NCBI GenBank assembly: GCA_039189765.1
Contig: JBCCYL010000026.1
Span: 11,579-75,578, forward strand
From: Cyanobacteria bacterium P01_F01_bin.150
Lineage (GTDB): Bacteria; Cyanobacteriota; Cyanobacteriia; CAKZMO01
Reading direction: 5' to 3'
DNA length: 64,000 nt
Shown in pieces: positions 19,694 to 29,194 of the stretch. The first letter of the stretch is position 1, and every line of letters starts with the position of its first letter. The position numbers and the translations under genes are program-made. The notes under the pieces were generated by a model. That model was not told where the DNA came from, ran no database searches, and saw nothing but the letters and a program-made list of their open reading frames with translations.

Positions 19694-22441
19694 TTACAAT
19701 TCCATGGTAATTCGGAACGTCCCACTCAACGCTGAGAACGGATCGGTACTGAGCTGCCAGGATTGGAGCGATCGCCTCAAACCATCAATGACCGCCTGAT
19801 CGTCCATAGTAGACAATCGATCGTCCCATAACACTTGCATTACTCGTCCATTCCGCACCCGAACTTGCCATACCACCTCACCACTCTGGTCGCTAGCGGT
19901 CGAGAAATACGCTAAATGTTGATCCAGAGTCTCTTTCAACTCAGATTGTAGAGACGGAGTTAATGCGCCATCAATCTGGATAACCCGAATATCCTGGATA
20001 GAACGAGATGAATTATTAAGCTCATCCAGGGCTTCAGCCTCCTCCGACGACATAATCAATCCAGTCGCCGGAGCCGGAGCATTATGGGGCACATTAACGG
20101 CAGACGGAAGAGCAAGGGACTGAATATTTCCTCGCGTCGCTCCCGCAGCTCTTCGGGAACGGGGAGATGCGACAGGGGAAGGAGCAAACCGTCCCACTCC
20201 TCCAGGGGACGCATCGTCCAGCCCAAAGATGCCTTCATAGCTGACGCCTTCCGGCAACTCTACCGGGACTTCAACCGTGCGGCGAGTGCCATCGGGGTTC
20301 ACTCGGACTTCTTCACTGACGGCCACAAAAGCAGTGTATTGAGAAAGCAGTCGATAGGCTAAGGCCGTTTCGGTGATGCCCTCAACTCCTGAAACTGTTT
20401 CCCCACGATACATTTGATTCATCAAGTCCTTAATGCGCGATCGCCCCCATAGCTGCGCGATCGCCCCGGAACCATCCCCTTGGGTAAAATTCACTGGAAT
20501 GGTCTTTTCGTAGCGCTTACCTCCCACCATCGTCCCCGTCACCTTTAGGGTGCCACTGATGCCATCAGCTTTACGGCCAAAAATGACCAACGGCTGCTGG
20601 GTAAATAAATCGGGTGCCGCACCGGGATAAATTTCCGGCCCCTCGCCATTTCCGATCCATTCCACCTCAATATTGGTCAGGACAGGATTGTTAATCTGCT
20701 GGAAAAATTGCTCGGCAACGGGACCACTGGGTTCATCCTGACGAATCACCTGTGACGTTCCCCGCCCCACCTCTGCCAATCGGTCGATTAAAAATCGATT
20801 GACGCCGCTGCCAACGCCAAAGCTGTAGAGTCGATTGCCCGGTGCTAACTCCGCCTGTACTTCAGCAATAACCTCAGCCTCATTGCCAATATAGCCATCG
20901 GTGAGTAAGACAATGCTACGGAGGCGATCGGGCCGAGCTGCCGGAAAGTTGAGCACCTCTCGCATGCCGTTTAACAGCTCTGTGCCCCCATTGGCGTTGA
21001 GGCCATTGATATAATCAATGGCTCGTGAGCGATTTTGGGTCGTATTGGCCAACGGCTCATCAGAAAGCCGAGTAGTGGTGTTGGCAAAATCGATAATCGA
21101 AAAGGTATCGTCTGGGTTTAGGCCATTTACCATCCGCCGCATCAGTTCCTGAGACTTGGCGATCGGGTCACCGGATTGAGACCCCGAGGTATCCATTAGA
21201 AACACCACATCCTTGGGCACAATCTGCTCACGGTCATACTCCACCGCTGGCACCAAATACAGGGCAAAATGCCCCCCTTCCTCGGTTGTGTCGGTAAGCA
21301 AGGTAGTTTGGGTCTCGTCTCCACTAATTTGATATCGCAGAATCAGGTCTTTATTGGGAATCGTATCGTTAGGTGCTAGATTCACCTGAACTCCTCTCCT
21401 GCCCTCTCTTTCTACCTCACCCCTGCCCTCTCCTTGCAAAGGAGAGGGGGCCGGAGGTGGATCGGTCTCCCCATCAGTCTCCCCTCCTACCAAGGAGGAA
21501 TTAAGGGAGGTAATCTCCAGCTTATGGGAAGGTGATGCAATCGATTGGATTGGCATCCCCGCATCAAAATTAACGGCAACAGCGATATCATGGCCCGAAC
21601 GAGTACCAGGTTTCAACACCGGAGGCGTAATCCGAGAGCCATCGCTGACCTGGTCCGTATCACCATTTTCATTGGTTGGTACGCCAGGGATATAGCGAGG
21701 ACCCACCACCATAGGGAAAACAAACTCGTAGTTATTCCCCTCAAAAGTCAGACTTTCCGTGTAACGAATGGTCACCTCAATCTGTTCCCCTGGGCGAATA
21801 TTTGCCAGGGACTGGGTAAAAATATTTGCCCGCTCCTGCTCCAGTAAGCCTGCGGTACGGCCTGCTTGAACCGCCTGCTCATAAATTTCCTGGGCCTCCT
21901 CCCGTTTCTTAATATCGCCGCTAATGACGCGATCGCCCACGCGAATCTCCATATCGTCCACGGCGGCCTTATCCGGCAGTGGAAACACATAAACCGCTTC
22001 CAGCGACTCGTCAAAGGGATTCTCAAAGGTCTGGGTCACCTCTACTCGCGCCACATTCCCCTGAATAGTGGCATTCACATCCGTGTGTTTAAGAGGAAAT
22101 GCCTGAGTTGCATCGTCTAAACCATCGGTCTGCTGGGGTGACGAGAACAAAAGACCAGAGGTGACGGATTCCGTATCTGTTTCCGCATCGATAGAGGCTG
22201 AGGAGGATTGCTGCCCCAAGATGGTCTGTGTCAGACTCTCTGGAGCTGCCTGAGCTAATATTTTGGGGGCCTGCGTCCCTTGAACTAGCGTCTTTTGAGA
22301 CCGTGATTTTTGGGATAACTCATGCGGTTGGAATAACGACTGGGCCTGACTTTGGGAAAACAATGAACCTAAAACAACGATCGCCGCGCCAATCGTCGCC
22401 GTTCCTAAAAAGATGGTTCCTGTCGTCAATCGCTCACGCAT
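19694..22441 (-). CDS. Exported VIT + vWA domain protein
   Basis: Signal peptide; VIT (VTQTFENP...EAVYVFPLP), MIDAS DTSGS and LLTDG; LSQYTAFVAV. Confidence 0.9.
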   Translation of the reverse strand: MRERLTTGTIFLGTATIGAAIVVLGSLFSQSQAQSLFQPHELSQKSRSQKTLVQGTQAPKILAQAAPESLTQTILGQQSSSASIDAETDTESVTSGLLFSSPQQTDGLDDATQAFPLKHTDVNATIQGNVARVEVTQTFENPFDESLEAVYVFPLPDKAAVDDMEIRVGDRVISGDIKKREEAQEIYEQAVQAGRTAGLLEQERANIFTQSLANIRPGEQIEVTIRYTESLTFEGNNYEFVFPMVVGPRYIPGVPTNENGDTDQVSDGSRITPPVLKPGTRSGHDIAVAVNFDAGMPIQSIASPSHKLEITSLNSSLVGGETDGETDPPPAPSPLQGEGRGEVEREGRRGVQVNLAPNDTIPNKDLILRYQISGDETQTTLLTDTTEEGGHFALYLVPAVEYDREQIVPKDVVFLMDTSGSQSGDPIAKSQELMRRMVNGLNPDDTFSIIDFANTTTRLSDEPLANTTQNRSRAIDYINGLNANGGTELLNGMREVLNFPAARPDRLRSIVLLTDGYIGNEAEVIAEVQAELAPGNRLYSFGVGSGVNRFLIDRLAEVGRGTSQVIRQDEPSGPVAEQFFQQINNPVLTNIEVEWIGNGEGPEIYPGAAPDLFTQQPLVIFGRKADGISGTLKVTGTMVGGKRYEKTIPVNFTQGDGSGAIAQLWGRSRIKDLMNQMYRGETVSGVEGITETALAYRLLSQYTAFVAVSEEVRVNPDGTRRTVEVPVELPEGVSYEGIFGLDDASPGGVGRFAPSPVASPRSRRAAGATRGNIQSLALPSAVNVPHNAPAPATGLIMSSEEAEALDELNNSSRSIQDIRVIQIDGALTPSLQSELKETLDQHLAYFSTASDQSGEVVWQVRVRNGRVMQVLWDDRLSTMDDQAVIDGLRRSLQSWQLSTDPFSALSGTFRITMEL

Positions 22442-22665
22442 GGCAGCAGAGTCTCCCTATGTCATGGATATGGTGTGGATTTGATTTTCCACCTTAATGG
22501 GGTTGGCCATCCTTATATAGGCTTCACCATGCCACTTCCTTGGTCCGGATCTAGCGGGAGTTACGAAAACTGAAACAGATTAGAGCACGGTGACTTTTAT
22601 CCCAAAACGGGACATTGGGGCGAGGAACGCTCCAATATCCCGTCAAATCTTTTCCAGCTTAAGCT

Positions 22666-23799
22666 TTAGGCCGATATCCGCCCCAAAATTTTAGAAAATG
22701 CCCCCGTTGCATTCCAGGTATAATCCGCCATGTCGTCCGGCCATGGAAAGTTCTCCGCCATTGCTTCAGCCGCAGTGACCGCCTCAAAGGAGCCTTGCCT
22801 CAGCGCATGGTAAAGCCCTACAAAATCACCAATAGGCAGATTATTTTTGACAAAACTTTGGCGCAGCAGCTCGATGGTGTACATCATATTGTGCGCCTCA
22901 AAGTTCCCTGGTTCAAAAATGGATTCAAATACTAGAAACTGGATATCGTTGCGTTTCGCCCTTGAAATAAGGTCCGGGCCCATTCCCTTCGTCGTCGTCA
23001 GGGGGTCTCCTGAACACACAACCACCCGACTATCATCGACCTGACGTGGCTGGACATTATCTGGGTTGATACCAACAGTACAGGCGAGAGGATCACCATC
23101 AATAAAAATCATGATGTACTTTGGCCCCTTGACCCAGATCCGATAGCCGTTGCCAAAGGTCACCACGTTAATAAACTGATTCGATAGCTCTTCCCAGCGC
23201 TGTTCCCAGTACTGATACTCCTTGGCATTCCAGCGGGATGCATGGCCAAGGATAAACCGTCTCCTAGCGGCCTGTAATCCTCGCCCTAAAAGGATAGTGC
23301 CATGGCTATCGGTGGCAAAATTAATCACTTGACGGTGGTTAATGCCATATAAAATCAGCCGTGCACAATTGCCAATGACCGGACTTCCCGAAAGATCCAG
23401 CCGATGCACCGTTGCTTCTATCCAATCCATTAAAGGATTTACCTTGGTCAAAATTGGGTTGCGCTTGATATAGGAGCCATTGTTCAAATTGGCAATACCT
23501 GTCAGTAACCGCTCAGCATAGCGGCGGCTGCGTTTTGAAGAGGTCGCCTCAGTTTGGCCCAAACCAGGGATAAAGATAGTGAATAAGTTCCGATTATCGC
23601 TTGGCGGATAGTACGTAATATGGCTTTCAATAAACCCTAATGGGTTTGGATTAACCATTACCCGATCGTCAAAGTCAAACACCTGCTGGGTCTTAGGATT
23701 CTGAAACTGACCATCAAAGGTTTTATCCGGAAACAAAGCTTCTAGAGGCCGACGCCACCATACAGACTGAATAGCTTGTTCAGATTCTCGGCTATACAT
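22666..23799 (-). CDS. Hypothetical protein, possibly alpha/beta-hydrolase-like
   Basis: 377-aa ORF; FIPG, TDSHG, VVTFG, DGDP and FEAH resemble a hydrolase core. Confidence 0.6.
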   Translation of the reverse strand: MYSRESEQAIQSVWWRRPLEALFPDKTFDGQFQNPKTQQVFDFDDRVMVNPNPLGFIESHITYYPPSDNRNLFTIFIPGLGQTEATSSKRSRRYAERLLTGIANLNNGSYIKRNPILTKVNPLMDWIEATVHRLDLSGSPVIGNCARLILYGINHRQVINFATDSHGTILLGRGLQAARRRFILGHASRWNAKEYQYWEQRWEELSNQFINVVTFGNGYRIWVKGPKYIMIFIDGDPLACTVGINPDNVQPRQVDDSRVVVCSGDPLTTTKGMGPDLISRAKRNDIQFLVFESIFEPGNFEAHNMMYTIELLRQSFVKNNLPIGDFVGLYHALRQGSFEAVTAAEAMAENFPWPDDMADYTWNATGAFSKILGRISA

Positions 23800-23856
23800 A
23801 ACTTATCGGCCTAGTAGATGTCGCGGTGTGCTTGGAAGCACTCTATCATTCTTTGC

Positions 23857-24909
23857 CTAATCCATAAAAATGGCGTCGATAATCGGCTCCGCACCGTAAC
23901 GAATCACGTCAGTACAGGGCAAGTCCGTTTCTTTCTGGGCTTTTTTGATCGCGGCACGGGCCTTTTTGTCGGTTAGATGATGGGTATTCAGAGCGATCGC
24001 CATCACCTTTGGCCCCCCCGCCTTATCCTGAAATGTCCCCCCAGCAGCAGCCACCGTCTCATAGACTTGAATCGCATCCTTTAGCGACGGCAGATAAAAA
24101 TCAGGACAGTTATGAATGGTGTCCTGTCCAGCTCGATGCACCAGCACTAAATGGGTGGGCTGGCTTCCCCGCAGCAGGGGTAACGTTGCCGTAGACCCTG
24201 GGTGCATCAGAGACCCCTGCCCTTCCACATACACCACATCCTGATCGGTGCCATGGGTCAAAAGCTGCTTTTCCACAGCCCCCGCCGCAAAATCAATCCG
24301 CACCGCATCCAGAGCAACCCCATCGTAGCCGAGCATCAGTCCCGTCTGCCCCGTCGCAATAAACGTTGAGCGATAGCCCTTTTCTTGACTGACCCGATAC
24401 AGTTCAAGACAGGCGGACATCTTGCCCACGGCCATATCGGTGCCCACGGCCAATACCCGCCGACAGGGCAGCGAACGGGCCAGTCCGGCGCCAATCCCCA
24501 GTCCTGATGGCTCCTGGCGAACATCCCAGATCCACTGATTGGGGCCAAGGGAGCCTAGCCCTCGATCATCCGCCATCGGGGTGTGCAATCCATTCACCAC
24601 AGATAGACCAGAGGCGATCGCGATTCGAATTTCATCCAGCCACGGCTCCGGCAATATGCCCCCTGACGGGGCAATGCCAATGGCCAATACATCCGGATCA
24701 TAGGCTAAAGATTCCGAGACGGACCCAACAATCGGTACGTCCCGATCAATGCCGGTCAATGATTTGATGCTTTTTCCGACAGAGTCCTCATCCACCACTG
24801 CCACAATTGGATTCTTGCCATAGCGCAAGAGGGATAGTCCAGTTTTACCTTTTGTCCCCTTTAATCCATCATGGAGCAAAATAGCTATGCGGTGGTGCGA
24901 TCGCAACAT
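23857..24909 (-). CDS. DUF1611 family P-loop protein
   Basis: GKTG...LRY, VGTDMAVGKMS, ATGQTG and VEGQGSL.HP motifs. Confidence 0.9.
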   Translation of the reverse strand: MLRSHHRIAILLHDGLKGTKGKTGLSLLRYGKNPIVAVVDEDSVGKSIKSLTGIDRDVPIVGSVSESLAYDPDVLAIGIAPSGGILPEPWLDEIRIAIASGLSVVNGLHTPMADDRGLGSLGPNQWIWDVRQEPSGLGIGAGLARSLPCRRVLAVGTDMAVGKMSACLELYRVSQEKGYRSTFIATGQTGLMLGYDGVALDAVRIDFAAGAVEKQLLTHGTDQDVVYVEGQGSLMHPGSTATLPLLRGSQPTHLVLVHRAGQDTIHNCPDFYLPSLKDAIQVYETVAAAGGTFQDKAGGPKVMAIALNTHHLTDKKARAAIKKAQKETDLPCTDVIRYGAEPIIDAIFMD

Positions 24910-25224
24910 AATCAGACCTTCTGGTTATCTCGTCTATGTACGTATATCTGGGTTTCGATGTTAGCCGAAATGAAATTATGTGGAATTGTAGCGCTTTGCG
25001 TCCCGATTCCACGACTAAAGCAGATACTCATATGTACGTACATATCATCCTAACGACCCATATGTCCCTATGATCCATAAGGCATGAAAAGTAATGGAAA
25101 TGGGGCTAAGACTCCAAATCGAGAAGAACCTAAAAAAAATCATTAATTTTTCCAACACTTATGTTAGGATAGTTGGGCTTGAGAAATACGACTCAAAAGA
25201 GTGTGTTCGCAGGTGGTGTTACGA

Positions 25225-25298
25225 GGCTTGGTAGCTCAGTTGGTTAGAGCAGGGGACTCATAAGCCCAAGGTCGGGAGTTCAAATCTCCCCCGAGCCA
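25225..25298 (+). tRNA. trnM: tRNA with CAT anticodon, most likely elongator tRNA-Met; CCA not encoded
   Basis: Acceptor stem GGCTTGG/CCGAGCC, D-arm GCTCAGTTGGTTAGAGC, anticodon loop CTCATAA, T-loop TTCAAAT. Confidence 0.93.
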
Positions 25299-25644
25299 TA
25301 TTTATGACCTAGTTCCAAGCTAGTTTGTGTGAGGTTGTAAAGTCAGTGGTCGTCTCCCATTGAGCGACAAAGCAATCAGACAATTGCGCAACCAATTGTC
25401 GTGGGAACAGGATTGAATCAATCTTGAGATTCAAATCTGGAGCAACCAAGGACTGGGTAAGAGCCTCTGGAGATTGGGACAGGACAAAACAGGTGATGGT
25501 TCAGACAGCCAAATCTAATCTAGGATAAATCGTAACTGTCACACTTCAATTGTTACAATTGCAGTCGGGTTAAATGGGAGGGGAGAGCAGGTGGGGGGAG
25601 ATCGCCCAGTAATCACGCCAATGATGTCAGCATCTAGAAACACC

Positions 25645-27072
25645 CTAGTGCCGTTCCAGGCTAACCCTTTGATGGGGGGCCTTACCAAGGCGAGCCAAAG
25701 CTGCACATTGATAGATTTTGACCACTAGCTGCACGGTCAAAGCTTGGCGTAGTAGGTCTGCATCCGACTTGGTTCCCTGTAAAAAATCAAGGAACAGCCG
25801 TTCCCTGGACGCCTCATTATGGCTAAAAGAGGTATCCATCTGCGCGATCGCCTGGTTATGTTGATTGCCAATTTCTATTTTCTCAAACGCCTCGCCTCCC
25901 ACCAGATCACTGTTCCGAAAAAACAGAATATCAAAATGATTAAGATGGCCTTCTCCGTAGTCTAAAGAACTATGCTCCCTGATCTGATGAGACTGATAGG
26001 AGTGAACCTGGACATTTAACAGAGTTGAAACCTTAATATTGACGCGTTCATGGCGAATGCGACCATTGCCTTTGTAAATATCTGCGGGCAAGCTTGGGGA
26101 CGCTCGTCTAGAAAACGAGTTCTGCTGTAGATTTAGGTAGGTTGTCGTCAAAACCGCATCCTTTTGCCTAAACTGCGCCAAAACGAATAGATCCATTTCT
26201 CCATAGTGCTTCAGCGCTTCAATCCGTTCGGACGAAAAGTGTTGAGAAAGATCCTGCTGAAAAAATCTTTCATAGTGGTGAGGCTGTAGCTGAGCCATAA
26301 AATCAGAGGGCTGAAAACTCTGTACAAATACATCCAGTTCATCCGCCGCCTGCTTGCTTTCAGCTTGGCTAAGGTCCATTAGCCAAGCCAGCATATCAAC
26401 AAAATGATAACCAGAATGCATCAGCTTGCCAGTGCCGTATTTGTAAGGATGATTTTCACGCTCCCACTCATTGGGCATCACCCACATGCCATCCGCATGG
26501 GCAATATCAATGTAGGAAATGGGGACTTGAAACTCCCGTAAAAAGTCCTTCAAATAACGATAGATATGAACATAGCCTTGATGGGCACGACGTTGGACCT
26601 GAACAACAACATTTGAGGTTGAATGACGATAAAGTTCGATTAGCTCTGCAAATTCTTGCTCTATTTCCTGTAGTTCAACTAACGGATTATTCGTTAAATC
26701 TGGATATAGAATGGGTTTATCGACTAAGACATCAATATTATGGGCGATCGCCCACTTTAGATAGGCCTTGTGACTTTTAGGATGGCTAGAAATAATGATT
26801 CCATCCAAACCACATGTTGCCTCAATGCCTGTAAGAAATCGGGCAATATTATCATCTAGAAAATCTTGAGACGCACAGCTAGTCTCAACAAAGAATAGCT
26901 TTTGAGGCTGAATCGTTTGTTCATTTAAAAATTTGTAGACATTATCTTTTTCACTCCGTAACTCAACCAAACAGATAAAATTTATTTTTTGCTGGAGACC
27001 ATATTTCTCTAAAAAGGGATAGTAAATACGTTTTGCATGGGGACCTAACCCAATCAGACCAATATTTTTCAT
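25645..27072 (-). CDS. Gfo/Idh/MocA family NAD(P)-dependent oxidoreductase, long form
   Basis: IGLIGLG Rossmann motif, DVLVDKP, QRR and GKLMHSGYHFVD. Confidence 0.85.
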   Translation of the reverse strand: MKNIGLIGLGPHAKRIYYPFLEKYGLQQKINFICLVELRSEKDNVYKFLNEQTIQPQKLFFVETSCASQDFLDDNIARFLTGIEATCGLDGIIISSHPKSHKAYLKWAIAHNIDVLVDKPILYPDLTNNPLVELQEIEQEFAELIELYRHSTSNVVVQVQRRAHQGYVHIYRYLKDFLREFQVPISYIDIAHADGMWVMPNEWERENHPYKYGTGKLMHSGYHFVDMLAWLMDLSQAESKQAADELDVFVQSFQPSDFMAQLQPHHYERFFQQDLSQHFSSERIEALKHYGEMDLFVLAQFRQKDAVLTTTYLNLQQNSFSRRASPSLPADIYKGNGRIRHERVNIKVSTLLNVQVHSYQSHQIREHSSLDYGEGHLNHFDILFFRNSDLVGGEAFEKIEIGNQHNQAIAQMDTSFSHNEASRERLFLDFLQGTKSDADLLRQALTVQLVVKIYQCAALARLGKAPHQRVSLERH

Positions 27073-27091
27073 AGGATTTTACGCGGACATT

Positions 27092-27505
27092 TTAACCGAC
27101 CTCATCAGCGGTTTGACCATCGTGCCAAGGACGATGCACAATGCTGATACCAAAGCATTTCATACTCTGCACAAAACAAGTTCTGGTATTATCGTTCCAA
27201 TTTTCATTACAGCGACCGCTCCACTCTGATGTTGCCAATTGGCCTGCATCAGTTCTGCCAAAGCGTCCACCAACCATTCTCGGCGATTGACTATGGGGCA
27301 GGCGTTCTAAAGCCTCAACTAAAATAGGATGGCTTTCAAAGTCAAGGGCAAGAGCAAGCTTAACGTTTGCACAATCAAACACAAAATCTAGAGGCTGTAA
27401 AAAGTCCATAGATATTAGCTGCTGCAAATTTTGCTGCTTAATGTCGGTTGGAGCGACTAAGTCAATGACCAGTATACTTACACTATCTTCCGGGGAGTTT
27501 TCCAC
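27092..27505 (-). CDS. Stand-alone protein resembling the Ntox43 polymorphic toxin (predicted RNase) domain
   Basis: GTG start with AGGGG upstream; pattern DFVFD...SH..L...VGG.F.R...G...T.E.SG...NW....R..F......G....H.PW, recognised from memory of the family. Confidence 0.6.
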   Translation of the reverse strand: MENSPEDSVSILVIDLVAPTDIKQQNLQQLISMDFLQPLDFVFDCANVKLALALDFESHPILVEALERLPHSQSPRMVGGRFGRTDAGQLATSEWSGRCNENWNDNTRTCFVQSMKCFGISIVHRPWHDGQTADEVG

Positions 27506-27787
27506 GTTACCCCTGCATTGTCTAAATCTGTGTTGTCTATCCTAAGATAGCATGACATTCCTTGAAGATGAACACCATAATTCCTCATATTTTAATCAAT
27601 AAATACTCTCTAAAGGGCATCCGCTTTAGATGGCTATCCTAATGCAATAGAATTTATCATTCATTCTGTGGATAGAATCATGATTAAATACCATAAAACC
27701 TCTATTTTTTATTTTTAATATCGATCAAAAACATTTTTTGCGCTATTTATTAATAATGCGACGTTTGAAAATTTGGCATAAGCTTCC

Positions 27788-29101
27788 ATGAGACCTAATA
27801 CTTTATTTGGTGATTTTACTCAGAAAGAATCATCTAGCTCCCTTACAATTGGGAATGAGATAGATGATTCTAAACTAGTTAAAAGTTTGGAGTTTAAGGA
27901 TCATCGAGACTTGATTTCCAGCTATATTTATTCCCTTTTACGCACGTTAGAGTTTGAGGCCTGCTGGCTGATTTCTTGCCAAAACAGTGACTTTAAAGTG
28001 CTCTTAGGTAAAAAAATGGGGTTTGATGCCAGATGGCTTGCCGAGCTTCATAGTCGCATGCATGAAAAGCTTTGCCTGAACTATGTTCCAACCGTTAGTG
28101 CAGCCTACGCTCAAAACTTTGACTCCCATACACAGTTAGTGGAGGAAGGAGCGATCGCCAGCTTCCTGTATGCCTTGTCCCATGACCTGTACAAGCACCT
28201 GGATCAGTATCTTGCGACAACGGATGCGATCGCAGATGAACCCACCTATCTCACCCTTAAAATGCTGCGGATAGAGATGGAGCCTCACCTCATCAAACTA
28301 AAACAGTGGAGAGATCAAGACATTGAACTGCATTCGCTGGCGTCTGTGCCAGAGATGCCCCAGTGGACACCCTATTCAGCCGAGGCTGCAATTCCTCCTA
28401 TTCCTGAGTTTCCTGGCAGATCGGCCAATTTGCAATTTAACCCAAAATCTATCGTTAACCACAAGTCCTACGCTGATTTGGTCGCCGACATAGAGAAGCT
28501 ACGACGGTTTAGCCACTACGTCTATGTGGACGTAGAAATTGCCGCCATGGAAGTATGTGCTAAAAACATTGCGGCTTATCGTGCGATGCCCCTCGACTTT
28601 AAGCTGGATATGGCACGTCAAATTTGGGATGAAGCCCGCCATGCTATTGTTATGCGGCAGCTTCTGGAAAATCTTGGGGCCAGCGAAGGGGATTACACCT
28701 ACAGTGCTAAGGTCTGGAAAAAGTGCGAAAAGGGGACCTGTTTAGCAGAACGGTTAGCCATTGAACAGGGATTTCAAGAGGGCAATGCGCTGGAGTCTAA
28801 TTTTCTGTTGACCGAAAGCTTTAAACAAGCCAATCATTTGCAAATGACCTCACGCATGGACTACATAAATGCCGATGAAGCCATCCACGCTAAAATTGGC
28901 AACTTTTGGATGAACTATCTGCTGGACGGGAGTTACGAGGCTTACCAAGCAACAATGGAAAAAGCGGCTGAGCTAATGAATATTACCTTGTCGTCCAATG
29001 TCGCCATCGAACGCTCTGCTAGGAAAATCGCTGGATTCCCGGATCAGTTTGTCGATCTATTGGCCGAGAATAATGAAGTCTATGGTTATCGCAAATCCTG
29101 A
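27788..29101 (+). CDS. Ferritin-like di-iron protein (DUF455-like) with an additional N-terminal helical domain
   Basis: Di-iron ligand set VEIAAME...WDEARH...QEG.ALE...ADEAIH. Confidence 0.8.
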   Translation: MRPNTLFGDFTQKESSSSLTIGNEIDDSKLVKSLEFKDHRDLISSYIYSLLRTLEFEACWLISCQNSDFKVLLGKKMGFDARWLAELHSRMHEKLCLNYVPTVSAAYAQNFDSHTQLVEEGAIASFLYALSHDLYKHLDQYLATTDAIADEPTYLTLKMLRIEMEPHLIKLKQWRDQDIELHSLASVPEMPQWTPYSAEAAIPPIPEFPGRSANLQFNPKSIVNHKSYADLVADIEKLRRFSHYVYVDVEIAAMEVCAKNIAAYRAMPLDFKLDMARQIWDEARHAIVMRQLLENLGASEGDYTYSAKVWKKCEKGTCLAERLAIEQGFQEGNALESNFLLTESFKQANHLQMTSRMDYINADEAIHAKIGNFWMNYLLDGSYEAYQATMEKAAELMNITLSSNVAIERSARKIAGFPDQFVDLLAENNEVYGYRKS

Positions 29102-29121
29102 GCCGATCTGAGCCTCTACCA

Positions 29122-29148
29122 AATTGTGTCGGCTTCGCCGACACAATT
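29122..29148. terminator. Perfect hairpin between convergent genes (bidirectional terminator or REP)
   Basis: AATTGTGTCGGC-TTC-GCCGACACAATT. Confidence 0.65.
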
Positions 29149-29194
29149 CGTTCAAAATGCAAAAAACACATCGTGTTTCTCAGGAGTAAAACCA

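Noticed and set aside
25299..25640. Possible integrase remnant or att site after tRNA-Met
   Set aside because: I found no recognisable integrase motif and no duplicated tRNA 3' end in the window.
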